A stretch of 64,000 nucleotides of DNA from NCBI GenBank assembly GCA_002269645.1, contig NIVC01001128.1, positions 329,554-393,553 of the forward strand, given 5' to 3'. The notes under the pieces were generated by a model. It was not told the DNA's origin, made no database searches, and worked only from the letters and a program-made list of their open reading frames with translations. Numbering within the stretch: position 1 is the first letter of the stretch; every line of letters starts with the position of its first letter. Source of the stretch: Macrostomum lignano. Lineage: Eukaryota. Shown piece after piece: positions 1 to 11,975 of this stretch. A program made the position numbers and the translations under genes.

Positions 1-559
1 AGGCTATTAAAAAGTTATTCCAAAACACTGTACACTCGCTATGTACATTGAGCCCTATCGCCTGACCCTTCGTCTGGCTCTGGGGGAATGAGTAAGTGAG
101 TGGCACAAACAACAGAAAAAGCAGACAAACTTCACATGCTTACAGTTTCTGTTCTGATTGAGTTAGAGAGTTGAAACTTTACATTTAGACAGAGAATGAA
201 TCAAAGAAGAATTGTGTTAAGTTAGAAGTCAATCGCTTCACGTGGAGCAAACTTATGGCAACCGAAAGTTAGGCATTTTAAAACCTGATTCACACCCTTT
301 GCCCAGATCGGGAAAGAGGCAGGCGGGCGGAGGTTGGGGTGGCTGTCTTGCTGAAAAAAACAGCCTAACTTTAAAAGTGCACAGCGGCTTTCAGGATTAA
401 CTTTGAGATTTGAAATTTTACACGATTGTGTCAAAATAGTTGAAAATTGCCTGTGTCAAATTTGAAAAGAATCGGTAGAAGTGGAGCAGCGCTATGGAGG
501 ATTTAGTGAAAAAATTGCGCATTTTGAGCAGTTTTTTGTACTTTTAGGTAGGAAGACTT

Positions 560-723
560 GAGTCTAGGAAATTAAAAGGTAGCCTAAGACATTCTCCGTA
601 GTAAGTTTAGGGTGGGTGTAAAGTTTGGTGTCATTTGGTTGAGCGGTTTGGGAGTCCATAGCGATCAAAATTGTCCACACACAGACACACACACACAGAG
701 TTTTGATTTTTATAGTTAGAGAT
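560..723 (+). mobile_element. Possible 3' end of a non-autonomous Helitron-like (Lep1/DINE-type) element
   Basis: The run gtgtaaagtttggtgtcatttggttgagcggtttggga, then a short (AC)n tract, then ttttgatttttatagttagagat resembles the 3' architecture of non-autonomous Helitron-like repeats. This is resemblance only. Confidence 0.3.
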
Positions 724-760
724 AATAGAAAAAAAAATATAATAAAATAATTTTACTTTA

Positions 761-1281
761 ACCATAGTCAGGATCATGTCATGGTATACGCCGGAATAAA
801 AAGTCCTCTAAAAAATCTACGCCACTTCATATTGAAACATACGCTAAGGTCCTAGGAACTTACGCCAGGTTTTCTAGGCTTTGCAACAATAAATGACCTT
901 TTTTGCATTTTTTACACATTTTTTTAAGAATTTTAACAATAAAAATTTAATAAACGTGTGGTTTTCATTTAAAGTAAATTGGTTTGCAGATAATGCCAAC
1001 AAAAATCAATTTTTTTTTATCTTACGAGTTTTATGGTTTTTATGATTTTATAATAAGATTCTAAGGTTACAGCATTATTTTAACAATTGTTAATATTAAC
1101 TTTGGCATGAAGGTTGGAGTTGGCATACACTGCTTGGCATATTTACCCCACGGCGTCATGCCAAAAGGTATGCCAAATATATTTTGCCTCATTTTTTATG
1201 CCAATTGTACACCAAAAAAAGTAAAATTTTCAATGGTATGCCAGAAATTTCCAGCGTAATGTATATCATCCTGACTATGGT
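761..1281. mobile_element. MITE-like element with 14-bp terminal inverted repeats
   Basis: accatagtcaggat (761-774) is the exact reverse complement of atcctgactatggt (1268-1281). The interior is AT-rich and non-coding. No clean TSD. Confidence 0.5.
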
Positions 1282-2000
1282 ACTTCAATACATCAATAAA
1301 TTTGCATAGCATATATAGGAATCATTAAATATGACTTATATATTTCTTGATTGGTTTAAAATTTTTAAGGTACTTTAAATGCCTTTAGAAAGTATAATAT
1401 TACTAGTATATATACTTTTTATAGGGAATCAATATCAATAATATCAATATGATGTTAATATAAAATTACTTCAATTATAAATAGTTAAAGCCTATATTAA
1501 AGTTAAATATAATCTAAAATATATTAAATGTCATCATTATAAAATCATTTTAAAAATAAAAAATTAGAATTACTAAAATAGCATTTAATACCAATTTATT
1601 AAGTCTAGTACTCTTGTTAATTAGTTAACTTTTTGTTTATATGAAAATGCTTGTTTGTATATTGTATAAATTGTAGACATTGTGAATTTGTATATACTAG
1701 ACTATTAATATACTTGTGTCAGTATCACTTTTTAATTTTACTACATTAAAAAATAAAAAATTAAAAAGCCTTTTCTTGTTGCAATAGGCTAGGCCCTACC
1801 TTATAGGCTCGTATCAAAAGCATGACTATTAGGCCTAGCCACACATTGCACATAGCATAACTTCTAGAGCAGCCATAAATGTTCTCATATGGACAGCACC
1901 TTCAGCCCTTTATAAGACTGTGGCTAGGCCCTAGGGCCTAGGCCTTACTAATAATATGATGTTGCAATATTAACTGATCTCACTAAATCAGAATATAATA

Positions 2001-2264
2001 GTTGGCAGATTTAGAGTTTCATTTTGGGGGGGGGTGTGGTCCAAGTTTGGGGTGCCGACATGAGTATAAGGGGCGCCAATGTTTAAGCTAAGGGGCGCAA
2101 CAATGCGTGTACAGGGCGAAAAATCAAGCTTAGGGGCGCAAAAAAGACATTTAGATACGAAAAATCAAGTTTAGGGGGTGCAAATTTAGGTTTTGGGGGG
2201 GGCGCAATATGTTCTGTTAAGCTATTTTGGGGGCGGCCGCCCCCCCCCCCTAAATCCGCCCCTG
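2001..2264. mobile_element. GC-rich MITE remnant
   Basis: GGGGCGC-rich island in AT-rich DNA ending in cccccccctaaatccgcccctg, a hAT-MITE-like end. The other end is degenerate. Confidence 0.3.
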
Positions 2265-4132
2265 GAATACAAGCCGCCTATATATATTGGATAGCTGGTC
2301 AGTGGTCAATAGTTAGGCCTGTCTTAATTGAAATCATAAATTAAAATTATTATAATAATAAATAGCCTTATTATTTATCATCGTTTAAAATCTCACCAGA
2401 GTGACTGAACTCTTTAAACATTTTTACAATGCATTCTGAAAACCAGTAAACTGTACATCCACATGCATAGCGCTTTACGTTTTAGTTTTATGTAATTGAA
2501 AATGGTATAATTTCGAAATCGGGAATTAAAATCACATGTGACCATAGTCTAAAAACAAATTTTGTATGCCAACGGCAAAGAGCTATATTTCAAAACCGTT
2601 ATAAAAACCTTTATTAGAAAATAAATCTTAATAAAAAAGATTAACCTTTCTTGAACAATTTAGAAACTTTAGTGAAATTAAATTAATATAGCTTGTTTAA
2701 GTATAGTATTTGTTCAGAAAAAACCGGATTTCTTTGCTTGACGTGGTTGCTTCGCAGTAATGAAAGACATATTCGCCTAAATTTATGAATAGTGTTTTTT
2801 AATGTAAAACAATATTACGAGCATCAGTTTGCATGCCCTGTGTAGTCAAGATTCCGAACACCAAACAATAACATTTAGATTATTGTATTCAGCCAAGAAA
2901 GTTCCGCGCAAACAACGCCTTCTATATTAGGAATTTAGACTTGCATAACATGACTATCCGAATTCTATTTTTAACAAAATTGTCTATAAAAAAAGCACCA
3001 GGCACTCTATATACTTAATCCTAATTTTCCGAAACGAAATAAAAAAGAAGCACCGCCTTCACGCCCTCATTTTTTGAATTGGCTACAAGCTCACACACTG
3101 ACCAATAAATCCAAGGAAATTAAGGCTGAACAACGGGGATCTCCCATAACAAACATTTCCAGGTTTAAGATTTCAGAAAAATACATCATAAGGGGGGGGG
3201 CGTAAATCGAAACTTTTTGTTGATTGTGACCAAAGGCTGATTTAACAAATACTTTAGTACTCCTAGTTTAACCACATGTACCTTTATAGCAATTGTTTTA
3301 TTGGATGAAGATCTTGTACAGCTTAAATAAGTTCGATACGATAACAGCAACAGGGCGAAAATGCGCTTTGCAGAATTATAAAAGCCAGTATTTATAAAAG
3401 ATTTGATAGCCAATAAAAACGAACAATTCGGTGTCAAATGTTCTGGTCGAGCCACATAGCAGTTGAAGCTATCGAAAGCTTTTTATTGCGTTCAACAACT
3501 TTATGTTAATTTGATGTTATTCGTATAGACATTGATTCGCATAGACATTGAGACATTTCAATATTAATGTTGAAATTATTATTATTATTATCATTAAACA
3601 TTAACAACTTTGCTAATGTAAAAATAACACAATCACAATTCCCCAAAAAGCTAGAACGCTATAGCAATTTAAGCTACTAGTTACATCAGTTAATAGTAAG
3701 TGATTAAGCCACACCCAAATTTAAACAAAAAAGTTCACTGGGTAGACGAGAGGGAGTTAGACGCAGAAACATACGACAAAAATGATTACGGTATGACAGC
3801 GAAGTAAACTACGACAGCAAGGTCCTTAGTCCTAAGCTGTAGTATTTCCTCTAGCAACAATATTAAACAATGACCAACAAAAAATTGCGAAGTTTTCGGG
3901 TACCTACCAACTTGGACAGACGTCATTACAAAAGTTCCCGTTAGTAACTTACAGATAAATGCGATGTAACAACATTGTCTTATTATAGTAGTAAAATTAG
4001 TCAGAAACCCATAATAGTAAAACTAACGATAGTGTTTTGTTGAAATCGGGATCATAGAAAATAGCTTAATTAAATTATAAAGTCCAATACGAGTAGTAAG
4101 AAGCATTTTCCTGGGGAGGGAGCGGAGTCAGT

Positions 4133-7100
4133 TCAAAATCTTTCGTATCTGGGCCGTCGCCTGTCGTCACAGAAGCCCGCACGGGTCTTGCCGTAGGACC
4201 TCGGGCCTTCCGAGGTCGGCGTGTATTTGCCGACATTGCGCATTCGAATGCGCACCAGGTCGGGCACCTCCTCTGACACTTCGCCCTCCTCGGCTTCGTC
4301 TCCCTCGTCAGCTGCGGCAGCGAACGCCTGCCTGACCGAGGCGTCCTGAACTGGCACCAGATTGCTGGACTCGGCAGGTCTCTGGCCCAGTTGGGGGAGG
4401 GAGGTTTAGGGTATTTAGGTATAAGGAATAGATTAGCAATCCATTCTGTTCCTTCATCCAGCAGATATGGCTATAGATTAGCAATCCATTCTGTTCCTTC
4501 ACCCAGCAGATACGGCTATAGATTAGCAATCCATTCTGTTCCTTCACCCAGCAGATATGGCTATAGATTAGCAATCCATTCTGTTCCTTCACCCAGCAGA
4601 TATGGCTATAGATAAGCAATCCATTCTGTTCCTTCACCCAGCAGATATGGCTATAGATTAGCAATCCATTCTGTTCCTTCACCCAGCAGATATGGCTATA
4701 GATTAGCAATCCATTCTGTTCCTTCACCCAGCAGATATGGCTATAGATTAGCAATCCATTTAATGCAATCTAACCAAAAATCCAGTTCCAATTACCTGGC
4801 CAAAATTAATGACAACGCCGCTGCGTTGCTGATTCTGTCGCTTAACATTAGAGGCATGATGCTGCGGCTTACTATGATGAGGCGGTGGATTCTGATACTG
4901 CTGTTGTTGAAAATTAGGAGGCGGTTTCTGCTGCTGCTGTTGCCACGGTTGCGGAGAGTCAAAGCGCGACTTTTTATAGGCCGGAGCTGCCGGCTGCTGC
5001 TGGCGACCCTTGCGCTCGTCAGTGTCGGCCCAAGGCCTGGGCGGGTGCTGCTTCTGCTGATGCGGCGGCGGCTGTGGAGGAGGCTGGGAAATATCGTGAA
5101 ATCCGGACGATTTCTTGCTAGACGCCTTTAACTGCGCCTGCTGTTCGCGTTGCTGCTTCTGCTGCTGCTGCTGATGCGGCGGCGGCTGTGGTGGAGGCTG
5201 GGAAACATCGTGAAATCCGGACGATTTCTTGCTAGACGCTTTTAACTGCGCCTGCTGTTCGCGTTGCTGCTTTTGCTGCTGCTTCAACAATTGCTTCTGC
5301 TGTTGCTGTTCTAATTGTTGCTGCTGTTGCTTTTGCTGCTCCTGCTGTTGCTCCTGCATAGCGGCCAGTTCGATTAGGGCTTGCTCGGCAGCTTCTTGAG
5401 CTTTGCGACGAGATTCAGCCTCGGCCATGGTTGGCAAAGTGGGCAGATGCTGTTGCTGCGGTTGCTGCTGTGGCTGAATTGGAGGCTGCATCGGCTGCTG
5501 CTGCTGCTGAATTTCGTAGCTTGTCACGTTAAAATTAGGAGCCATGGGCTGTTTAGTCTGCTCCGCTGCCAGCGCAGTCTGCTGCTGCTTGAAAGCATCG
5601 TCGGGAGTAGCCAGCAGGTCGCGCAAGTGCGGGTACATGGCGAACAGGCGTTCAGCTTCCTGCGGATTGTACTGCAGCGCGTAGGACATGTAGGTGCGCC
5701 ATTCGGCTGCCTGCTTGGCCAGTTCGCTACCGTCTCCGGTGGAATCCGATGCACTACTGGTCTGGAGGGAATCGCAGGGTGTTGGGTAACCCTTTTAGAT
5801 AATTGGGGTGGAATCCGATGCACTACTGGTCTGGAGGGAATGGCAGGGTGTTGGGTAACCCTTTTAGATAATTGGAGTGGAATCCGATGCACTACTGGTC
5901 TGGAGGGAATGGCAGGGTGTTGGGTAACCCTTTTAGATAATTGGGGTGGAATCCGATGCACTACTGGTCTGGAGGGAATGGCAGGGTGTTGGGTAACCCT
6001 TTTAGATAATTGGAGTGGAATCCGATGCACTACTGGTCTGGAGGGAATGGCAGGGTGTTGGGTAACCCTTTTAGATAATTGGAGTGGAATCCGATGCACT
6101 ACTGGTCTGGAGGGAATGGCAGGGTGTTGGGTAACCCTTTTAGACAATTTGGGTGGAATCCGATGCACTACTGGTCTGGAGGGAATGGCAGGGTGTTTGT
6201 TGGGTAACCCTTTTAGATAATTGGGGTGGAATCCTAATGGACTCTAGTGACTCTGTGGTGACTTTAGGGCGACTACTCTAGTGACTTTGTGGTGACTTTA
6301 GGGCGACTCTAGTGACTCTGTGGTGACTCTAGTGACTCTGTGGTGACTTTAGGGCGACTCTAGTGACTCTGTGGTGATTTTAGGGCGACTCGTGACTTTG
6401 TGGTGACTCTAGTGACTCTGTGGTGACTCTAGTGACTCTGTGGTGACTCTAGTGACTCTGTGGTTACTTTAGGGCGACTCTAGTGACTCTGTGGTGACTC
6501 TAGTGACTCTGTGGTGACTCTAGTGACTCTGTGGTTACTTTAGGGCGACTCTAGTGACTCTGTGGTGACTCTAGTGACTCTGTGGTTACTTTAGGGCGAC
6601 TCTAGTGACTCTGTGGTGACTCTAGTGACTCTAGTGATTTTGGGGCGACTCTAGGGTGACGCAAATGGTTCTGGAGCCGCAGAGTTGTATCTGAGGCGTG
6701 CTAGAGTCGCTGTAGAATCCCTGTGCTGCGCCTAAAGGGCATCAGTGTAATCTTACCAATTACAATCCCATTTCGCATTTATAACAACTCTATTTAGTCT
6801 TTAGTCTATTTGGGATAAAGAAAGTTAAGCGCAAACAGAACGACTCTTGGAGCTGAAGGTTGACTCGACTCACTTAGTTAATAGCCCATAAACTATCGCG
6901 GGTGCAACGCTTTCGGAGACATCCTCCCGCACAACCAGCGCTTGAGGCAATTCTGCCCATTCCGCTGACTCCTGAGCACATTCACAAGCGCGCCAATACT
7001 GTACACAGTCACGCACTCACACACACGCTCACACAGTGTACAGCGGCCCTGACTTTCTAACTGTCAGGCATGTACAGTCTCTGTGACTTGCTGCTACTAC

Positions 7101-8235
7101 AATTTGTACCTGAAAACGATCGAACTCCCTAGCAGCATCAGCCTCGGTAGAGTCAGCAGGATTGGCAAAGCGTCTCTGCTTCTTCACGGCCTCCAGTTCC
7201 CTAAGGGCCGCCCGTTCATCGGGATCGAGATTGGCCTCCTCAGCTTGGCGCTTCGCCTCCATTATTCGATCGAATTCGGCTTCGAATGCCGACTCGTCAT
7301 CATCGCCGACGTTGCTATGGGCCTCGGGCAGCGGCTGGGGAGCGCCTGCAGCGGTTGGTGCCGTCTGAGGCAGCGCAGGCGGCTGCTGAGGTGGCGGCAC
7401 CTGATTAATTTGAACGAAGTTGCGCACTACTAATTAGATGGCGAGGCATTTTGATTTAAAAATACAGTCGTAGTTACGTTCCGTATTATTAATAAACGAA
7501 ATCACTTAATCTTAAAGTAAAAAATTTTCTAAGTTACGAAATTATGGTAGCCATTAACAAATGCGGCGCGGTTATTTGTGCGCCAGCACCAAGGGGCACC
7601 AGCACAAAGGGACTTTAGCACCAAGGGGCACCAGCACAAAGGGACTTTAGCACCAAGGGGCACCAGCACCAAGGGGCGCCAGCACAAAGGGACTTTAGCA
7701 CCAAGGGGCACCAGCTCCAAGGGGCGCCAGCACAAAGGGACTTTAGCACCAAGGGGCACCAGCACCAAGGGGCGCCAGCACCAAGGGGCGCCAGCACCAA
7801 GGGGCGCCAGCACAAAAGGGCGCCAACACCAGGGGCGCCAGCTTAACAACTTGTTCACAGGGCAGTTAAACAATGTATACTAGACTTATAAATAAGCCAG
7901 CCCCTGCGCTTACCCCAGTCGGCGCACCATTGCCTAGATTAAATCGGCACATAGTTGAAGTGTTGACATTTTTCAAATCAGACGGTCGTTTCGGCGCTTG
8001 AACTGGCGCTGGTACAATGGGAACAGAGGCGGCGGCGCTGCTATAGGCTGCAGCCAGAGCTGCATAGTGAGAAAATGATGGAGTAGAAACTGCAATAGAA
8101 GCTGCAGCAGCTTGGCCTGGGGACTGTTGAGCTGACACCCCAGCTGTGCTGCCAAATGTGGCTGCTGCTGGTACAGCACTTGGATTCCACATTGGTTTGT
8201 CAAGCAGATTTTTGGCAGCAAAGCTTTCTTGACAA
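4133..8235 (-). CDS. PCNP: PCNP-domain protein (PEST proteolytic signal-containing nuclear protein-like) with long Q/P-rich N-terminal region; multi-exon
   Basis: Last exon 4381-4133 encodes SVRQAF..DEGDEAEE..EEVPDLVRIRMRNVGKYTPTSEGPRSYGKTRAGFCD, which matches the PCNP C-terminal motif as I recall it (SVAAAF-acidic-EEMP..[22 protein letters not shown].GFSD). Exon 5761-4796 is Q/P-rich, phase 0 at both ends, and ends GVVINFGQ. Upstream GT-AG exons: 8235-7914 and 7400-7110, with possible 6971-6874 and 6731-6701. How the upstream exons join is uncertain. Confidence 0.7.
4421..4760. repeat. 45-bp intronic minisatellite (~7 copies)
   Basis: Unit gctatagattagcaatccattctgttccttcacccagcagatatg, inside the last intron of the PCNP-like gene (4795-4382). 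Confidence 0.95.
5740..6232. repeat. 69-bp tandem repeat (~7 copies) containing the splice acceptor and first 24 nt of an exon
   Basis: Period 69 (ggaatccgat at 5741 and 5810). On the minus strand each unit reads ..ccctccag|ACCAGTAGTGCATCGGATTCCACC. Confidence 0.9.
6240..6655. repeat. Minisatellite built from gtgactcta / gtgactctgtg / gtgactttagggcgactcta units
   Basis: Directly visible degenerate ~20-bp tandem array. Confidence 0.9.
7575..7840. repeat. GC-rich minisatellite (gcaccaaggggc(a/g)cca-type units)
   Basis: Visible tandem array in intron 7913-7401. Confidence 0.9.
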
Positions 8236-8722
8236 CTGCCAATTTTAGTTCACAGGTAAAGCCAAGTGTTAAACTCTGCTTTGAGTTAATTTAATTGGTG
8301 TCAGAATGGGCATGAATTAAGATACAAGTTAGAGTTTAGGAAACAAACTTATATTTTTTGACTTCTCATCAATTAACTAATATAGTAGGCCCTATTTGTT
8401 ATTTTAATGAAACACATTTTCTCTTAAATTTGCCAATTTGTTTTACTGTACAAATATTAACTGCATTTGACTGGCCGTAAAATAATAATGACAAGCTTTT
8501 TTTAACGCCAGCTAAATACTGCCTACTTTATTTTATAAGTATTGGATTAAACAGAAAGTTCTTGCAGTTTGTAGAGCCTTCTATAAAACAAAGTTTTTTA
8601 AAAACACAAAGGCACATCAATCCAAGATGTAACTGCCATTATTATCAATCACTTTCTGCTAGCAATTAGGCAGCTTCTCAATGCCCCTACACATGGTACT
8701 TGGCAAGCTTGCTCTTAAAGTA

Positions 8723-10296
8723 TTGGTTTTTGCGAGCTATCTCAGCCAAGGAGCAAGCAAACTCATCCATCCCATAGATTTCAATACGACGAAGGAGGTG
8801 GTTTGAACCATAGACTATCACGTTTTTTCAACCAAACTCATCCAACGGGCGAGCAATCTCAGCCATAGCTTGTCTGCCCATTCATTTCCTCTTCCCTTCT
8901 TTCTTTCCTCCTCCTCCGATGGCTCAGTTGCGACAAACATCTAACTCCGACAGAGAGAAGCTAATCAACGCATGGAATGACGGACAAAATTTGAGCACTG
9001 CTTCACGCATTCTCGGGATAAAGCTGAAGACGTCCAGACATATAATCCGGACTTACGTAGCTACTGGAAGAATTGCTGCTCTCCAACGTGGCGGAATAAG
9101 GGAGGAATCAAGCAAGATTGACGCAGAAATGCGCCAAGAGTTGACTCGCATTGTGAATGCCAATCCGTTTGCAACACTCGAGACCATGTGTCAGCAGCTG
9201 CACGAAAGACTGCCAAACAAACCCGTGGTGTCGACTACGACTGTGCACAGAGCACTGCAGGGCTCTCTGTACACATTCAAAATTGCGACTAAGGACGCGG
9301 ACATTCGCCTGCAAGCCAACTCGGATGAAGTGCTTGCCCGACGACGCGACTATGCCCAGATGATGACGACGCTGCCACACGATGCCGTGGTGGTGTACAT
9401 CGATGAGACTGGATATAACTTGTGGAGCCGAAGGTCACAAGGCCGAGCAATCAGAGGTCAGCCTGTGCGTCGCATCTGCACCACTCAGAGAGGACCGAAT
9501 TTGACCATTTGCCTTGCCGTCTCCTCTGCGCTGGGTTTGGTCAAGAGTGAGATCTTCCGAGGAGGCCAAACGCGGCCGCGGTTTCAACAGTTTGTAAACG
9601 AGCTAGTGGAGCAAGTCCAAGGCCAGGTTAACAATGCGAGAATTGTAATTGTCTGTGACGGGCCGACCTTCCACCGTGGAGTCATCGTGCCACAGAATCA
9701 TCAGCCGAGGATTTCACTGCAGCTGCTTCCTGCCTATTCGCCGTTCCTAAACCCATGCAAAATGGCGCATAGGCTGACATCAGACGGCAGCTGGTCAATC
9801 CTGCCCTGGTGGAAGAGGAAGCTGGTGGAATTCCGGATGGAATGAACCGTACCGAGTGGCGCTGTATTCTGTTGGAGCGACTTGGCCGCATTGCCTTGGA
9901 CACGGTGACACCACTGAAGGTGGCTCGCTGGGAAATTCATTGCGGCAGAAATTATGCTCAGTGCATCCAGCAGCAGCCCTTTGTCTAATGAGACTAGCTG
10001 AAAAATTGACACCGTGCATCAGATGCAACCAGTGCTTATTTAGTGAGTCATTTGTTTGTTCCGTTAGTCAATTTCCTGTGTTCTGATGTGCTGCTCTATC
10101 ATAAAGTCTCTTATATATGAACCAATTAAATTTTTCGCTTAATAAACAAGCTATGGCTGAGATTGCTCGCCCGTTGGATGAGTTTGGTTGAAAAAATGTG
10201 ATAGTCTATGGTTCAAACCACCTCCTTCATCGTATTGAAATCTATGGGATGGATGAGTTTGCTTGCTCCTTGGCTGAGATAGCTCGCAAAAACCAA
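8723..10296 (+). mobile_element. IS630/Tc1/mariner-superfamily DNA transposon, full length, with ~150-bp TIRs and TA TSD
   Basis: TIRs 8723-8873 and 10146-10296 (ttggtttttgcgagctatctcagccaagg..) are near-perfect inverted copies. TA lies at 8721-22 and 10297-98. An internal transposase ORF is present. Confidence 0.93.
8919..9988 (+). pseudogene. IS630/Tc1-like DDE transposase, inactivated
   Basis: N-terminal HTH-like region, VYIDETG, IVCDGPTFH and LPAYSPFLNPC(K) motifs. The expected third catalytic E reads K (AAA, 9759-61). A frameshift near 9770 leads into another frame that continues ADIRRQL..VTPLKVARWEIHCGRNYAQCIQQQPFV* (TAA 9986-88). Confidence 0.88.
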
Positions 10297-10380
10297 TACT
10301 CACCCAACTACATTTCAAGCTCTTTGGTCAACAAATGTTAGGTTGTCTATGGTGTTTCTCAGAGAGCAAAGTAGGTAGTA

Positions 10381-10940
10381 TTGCTTTTGTCAGCCTAACT
10401 GAGAATAAAGTCACCCAAAGTGAGAACCCTGCCTACGCTGACTGCGAAGGGCCTGGCTGCGTGCAGCCTTAGTCTATGGGCCATAGACAATAAAGGACAA
10501 GCAAAGTGATAAAAAGCCATCCAATGTGAGAATCGATTGGTCTATGTGTCGTATTCTTTTATTTTTATACCTTCTGAGCTTCTGAGCCATATGACTAGCC
10601 AATCCTAGCTTATCCTTTATAGTCTATGGCTCATAGACCAGGCTGGACGCAGCTAGGCCCTTCGTATTCAGCGTAGGCAGGATTCTCACATTGGATGGCT
10701 TTTTGTCACTTTGCTTAATTTTTATAGTCTATGGCCCATAGACTAAGGCTGCACGCAGCCAGGCCCTTCGCAGTCAGCGTAGGCAGGATTCTCACATTGG
10801 ATGGCTTTTTATCACTTTGCTTATCCTTTATAGTCTATGGCCCATAGACTAAGGCTGCACGCAGCCAGGCCCTTCGCAGTCAGCGTAGGCAGGATTCTCA
10901 CTTTGGATGGCTTTATTCTCAGTTAGGCTGACAAAACCAA
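10381..10940. mobile_element. TA-flanked MITE (Tc1/mariner type)
   Basis: ~30-bp TIRs ttg(c/g)ttttgtcagcctaactgagaataaag, TA at 10379-80 and 10941-42. The interior consists of direct and inverted copies of a ~105-bp module. Confidence 0.85.
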
Positions 10941-11472
10941 TAGTTGAAAGGGCTAAGGTCTAGGTTATATAGTTAGTGGGGTAGGACCTCCTAGCATAGC
11001 TCCAGTAGGGACTATACACTTTCATATAACATTTCATCTTAAATTTCATTTTAATTGCAAAAAAATATTTTTTCAAACACAAACTGTTCCTTGAGTTTTA
11101 AATGTTGAGAGAAGAGACTTATAATGCTGGAAAGATCTTTAAATGCTGAGTTAGGAGATATAGGTTGTTTGCTTAAAGTATGAAAACTAAAAGCACATCA
11201 TTCAAAAAACAATTTTCATACATTTAACTTTCTGCAAAGATTGTACTTATTTTTGCAAGATGTAATAGATTTTGAATATATTTATATTTAGGCTAGACAA
11301 TTAGAAAGCACCTTTTTACACACTTCAATTCAACAGTCTTTTGATTAAATTGATGGATTACAATTTGAAGATGATGTTAATAGAGTTTCACTTCATGGAG
11401 AGGATTTTGTGGGATTTCTATTACACAGAGAGGATTTTGATAGATTTTAGAAAGGATTTAGATGATGGGATT

Positions 11473-11720
11473 CATACATGTGCAACATCCAAAATTTGGT
11501 CGGCGATGCGACTTAGTTTTAACAAAAATGCAATGTAGTTTTTGGCCAAAAATGTGACTTACATATAAAAAACTGTAAAGCAAAATTAATGCAACTTTGG
11601 GTAAATGGCAGGACTAACTATAACTGTCTTATTAAGTCAAAATGCCTTGTCAGCTACTTAGTACTAATTACTTGGGTGGGCATTTTTTTTTGAATGGGCA
11701 TTTTTGTGACTTCTTTGGGG
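11473..11720. mobile_element. Older, diverged copy of the hAT MITE at 17264-17536 (opposite orientation)
   Basis: Starts catacatgtgcaac (TIR with CpG decay) and shares caaaaatg(c/t)gactta..aaagcaaaatta..ttgggtaaatggcagga with the reverse complement of 17264-17536. Confidence 0.6.
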
Positions 11721-11729
11721 GTCACTTTC

Positions 11730-11975
11730 ACAAGTGCTAATTTTCATAACCACTAATGACATTGACTTTCACAAGCGCTAAACTTCATAATAGCTAAAAA
11801 TTTGCTGCCTACTTTCACAAGCACTAAACTTCACAAACGCTAAACTTCAGAATAGCGAAACCACCTACTTTCACAAGCGCTAAACTTTACAAGTGCTAAA
11901 CTTCACAATAGCTACAAATTCACCACCTACTTTCATAAACATTTAATTTCACAAGTGCTAAACTTCACAAACAAT
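11730..11975. repeat. Degenerate minisatellite (ttcacaagcgctaaac-type units)
   Basis: Visible repeated ttcacaag(c/t)gctaaacttcac motif. Confidence 0.75.

Noticed and set aside
4421-6232. Regularly spaced 45-bp and 69-bp repeats as CRISPR-like arrays
   Set aside because: No unique spacers, no cas genes, eukaryotic intronic context.
4763-7433. Plus-strand ORFs opposite the PCNP-like exons (also those opposite the AOX, MDR and Gypsy coding regions)
   Set aside because: Antisense shadows of GC-rich coding sequence with no independent motifs.
8919-9988. Recent horizontal transfer of a bacterial IS630
   Set aside because: Long ~150-bp TIRs and an accompanying MITE fit eukaryotic IS630/Tc1/mariner elements; no phylogeny is available to claim HGT.
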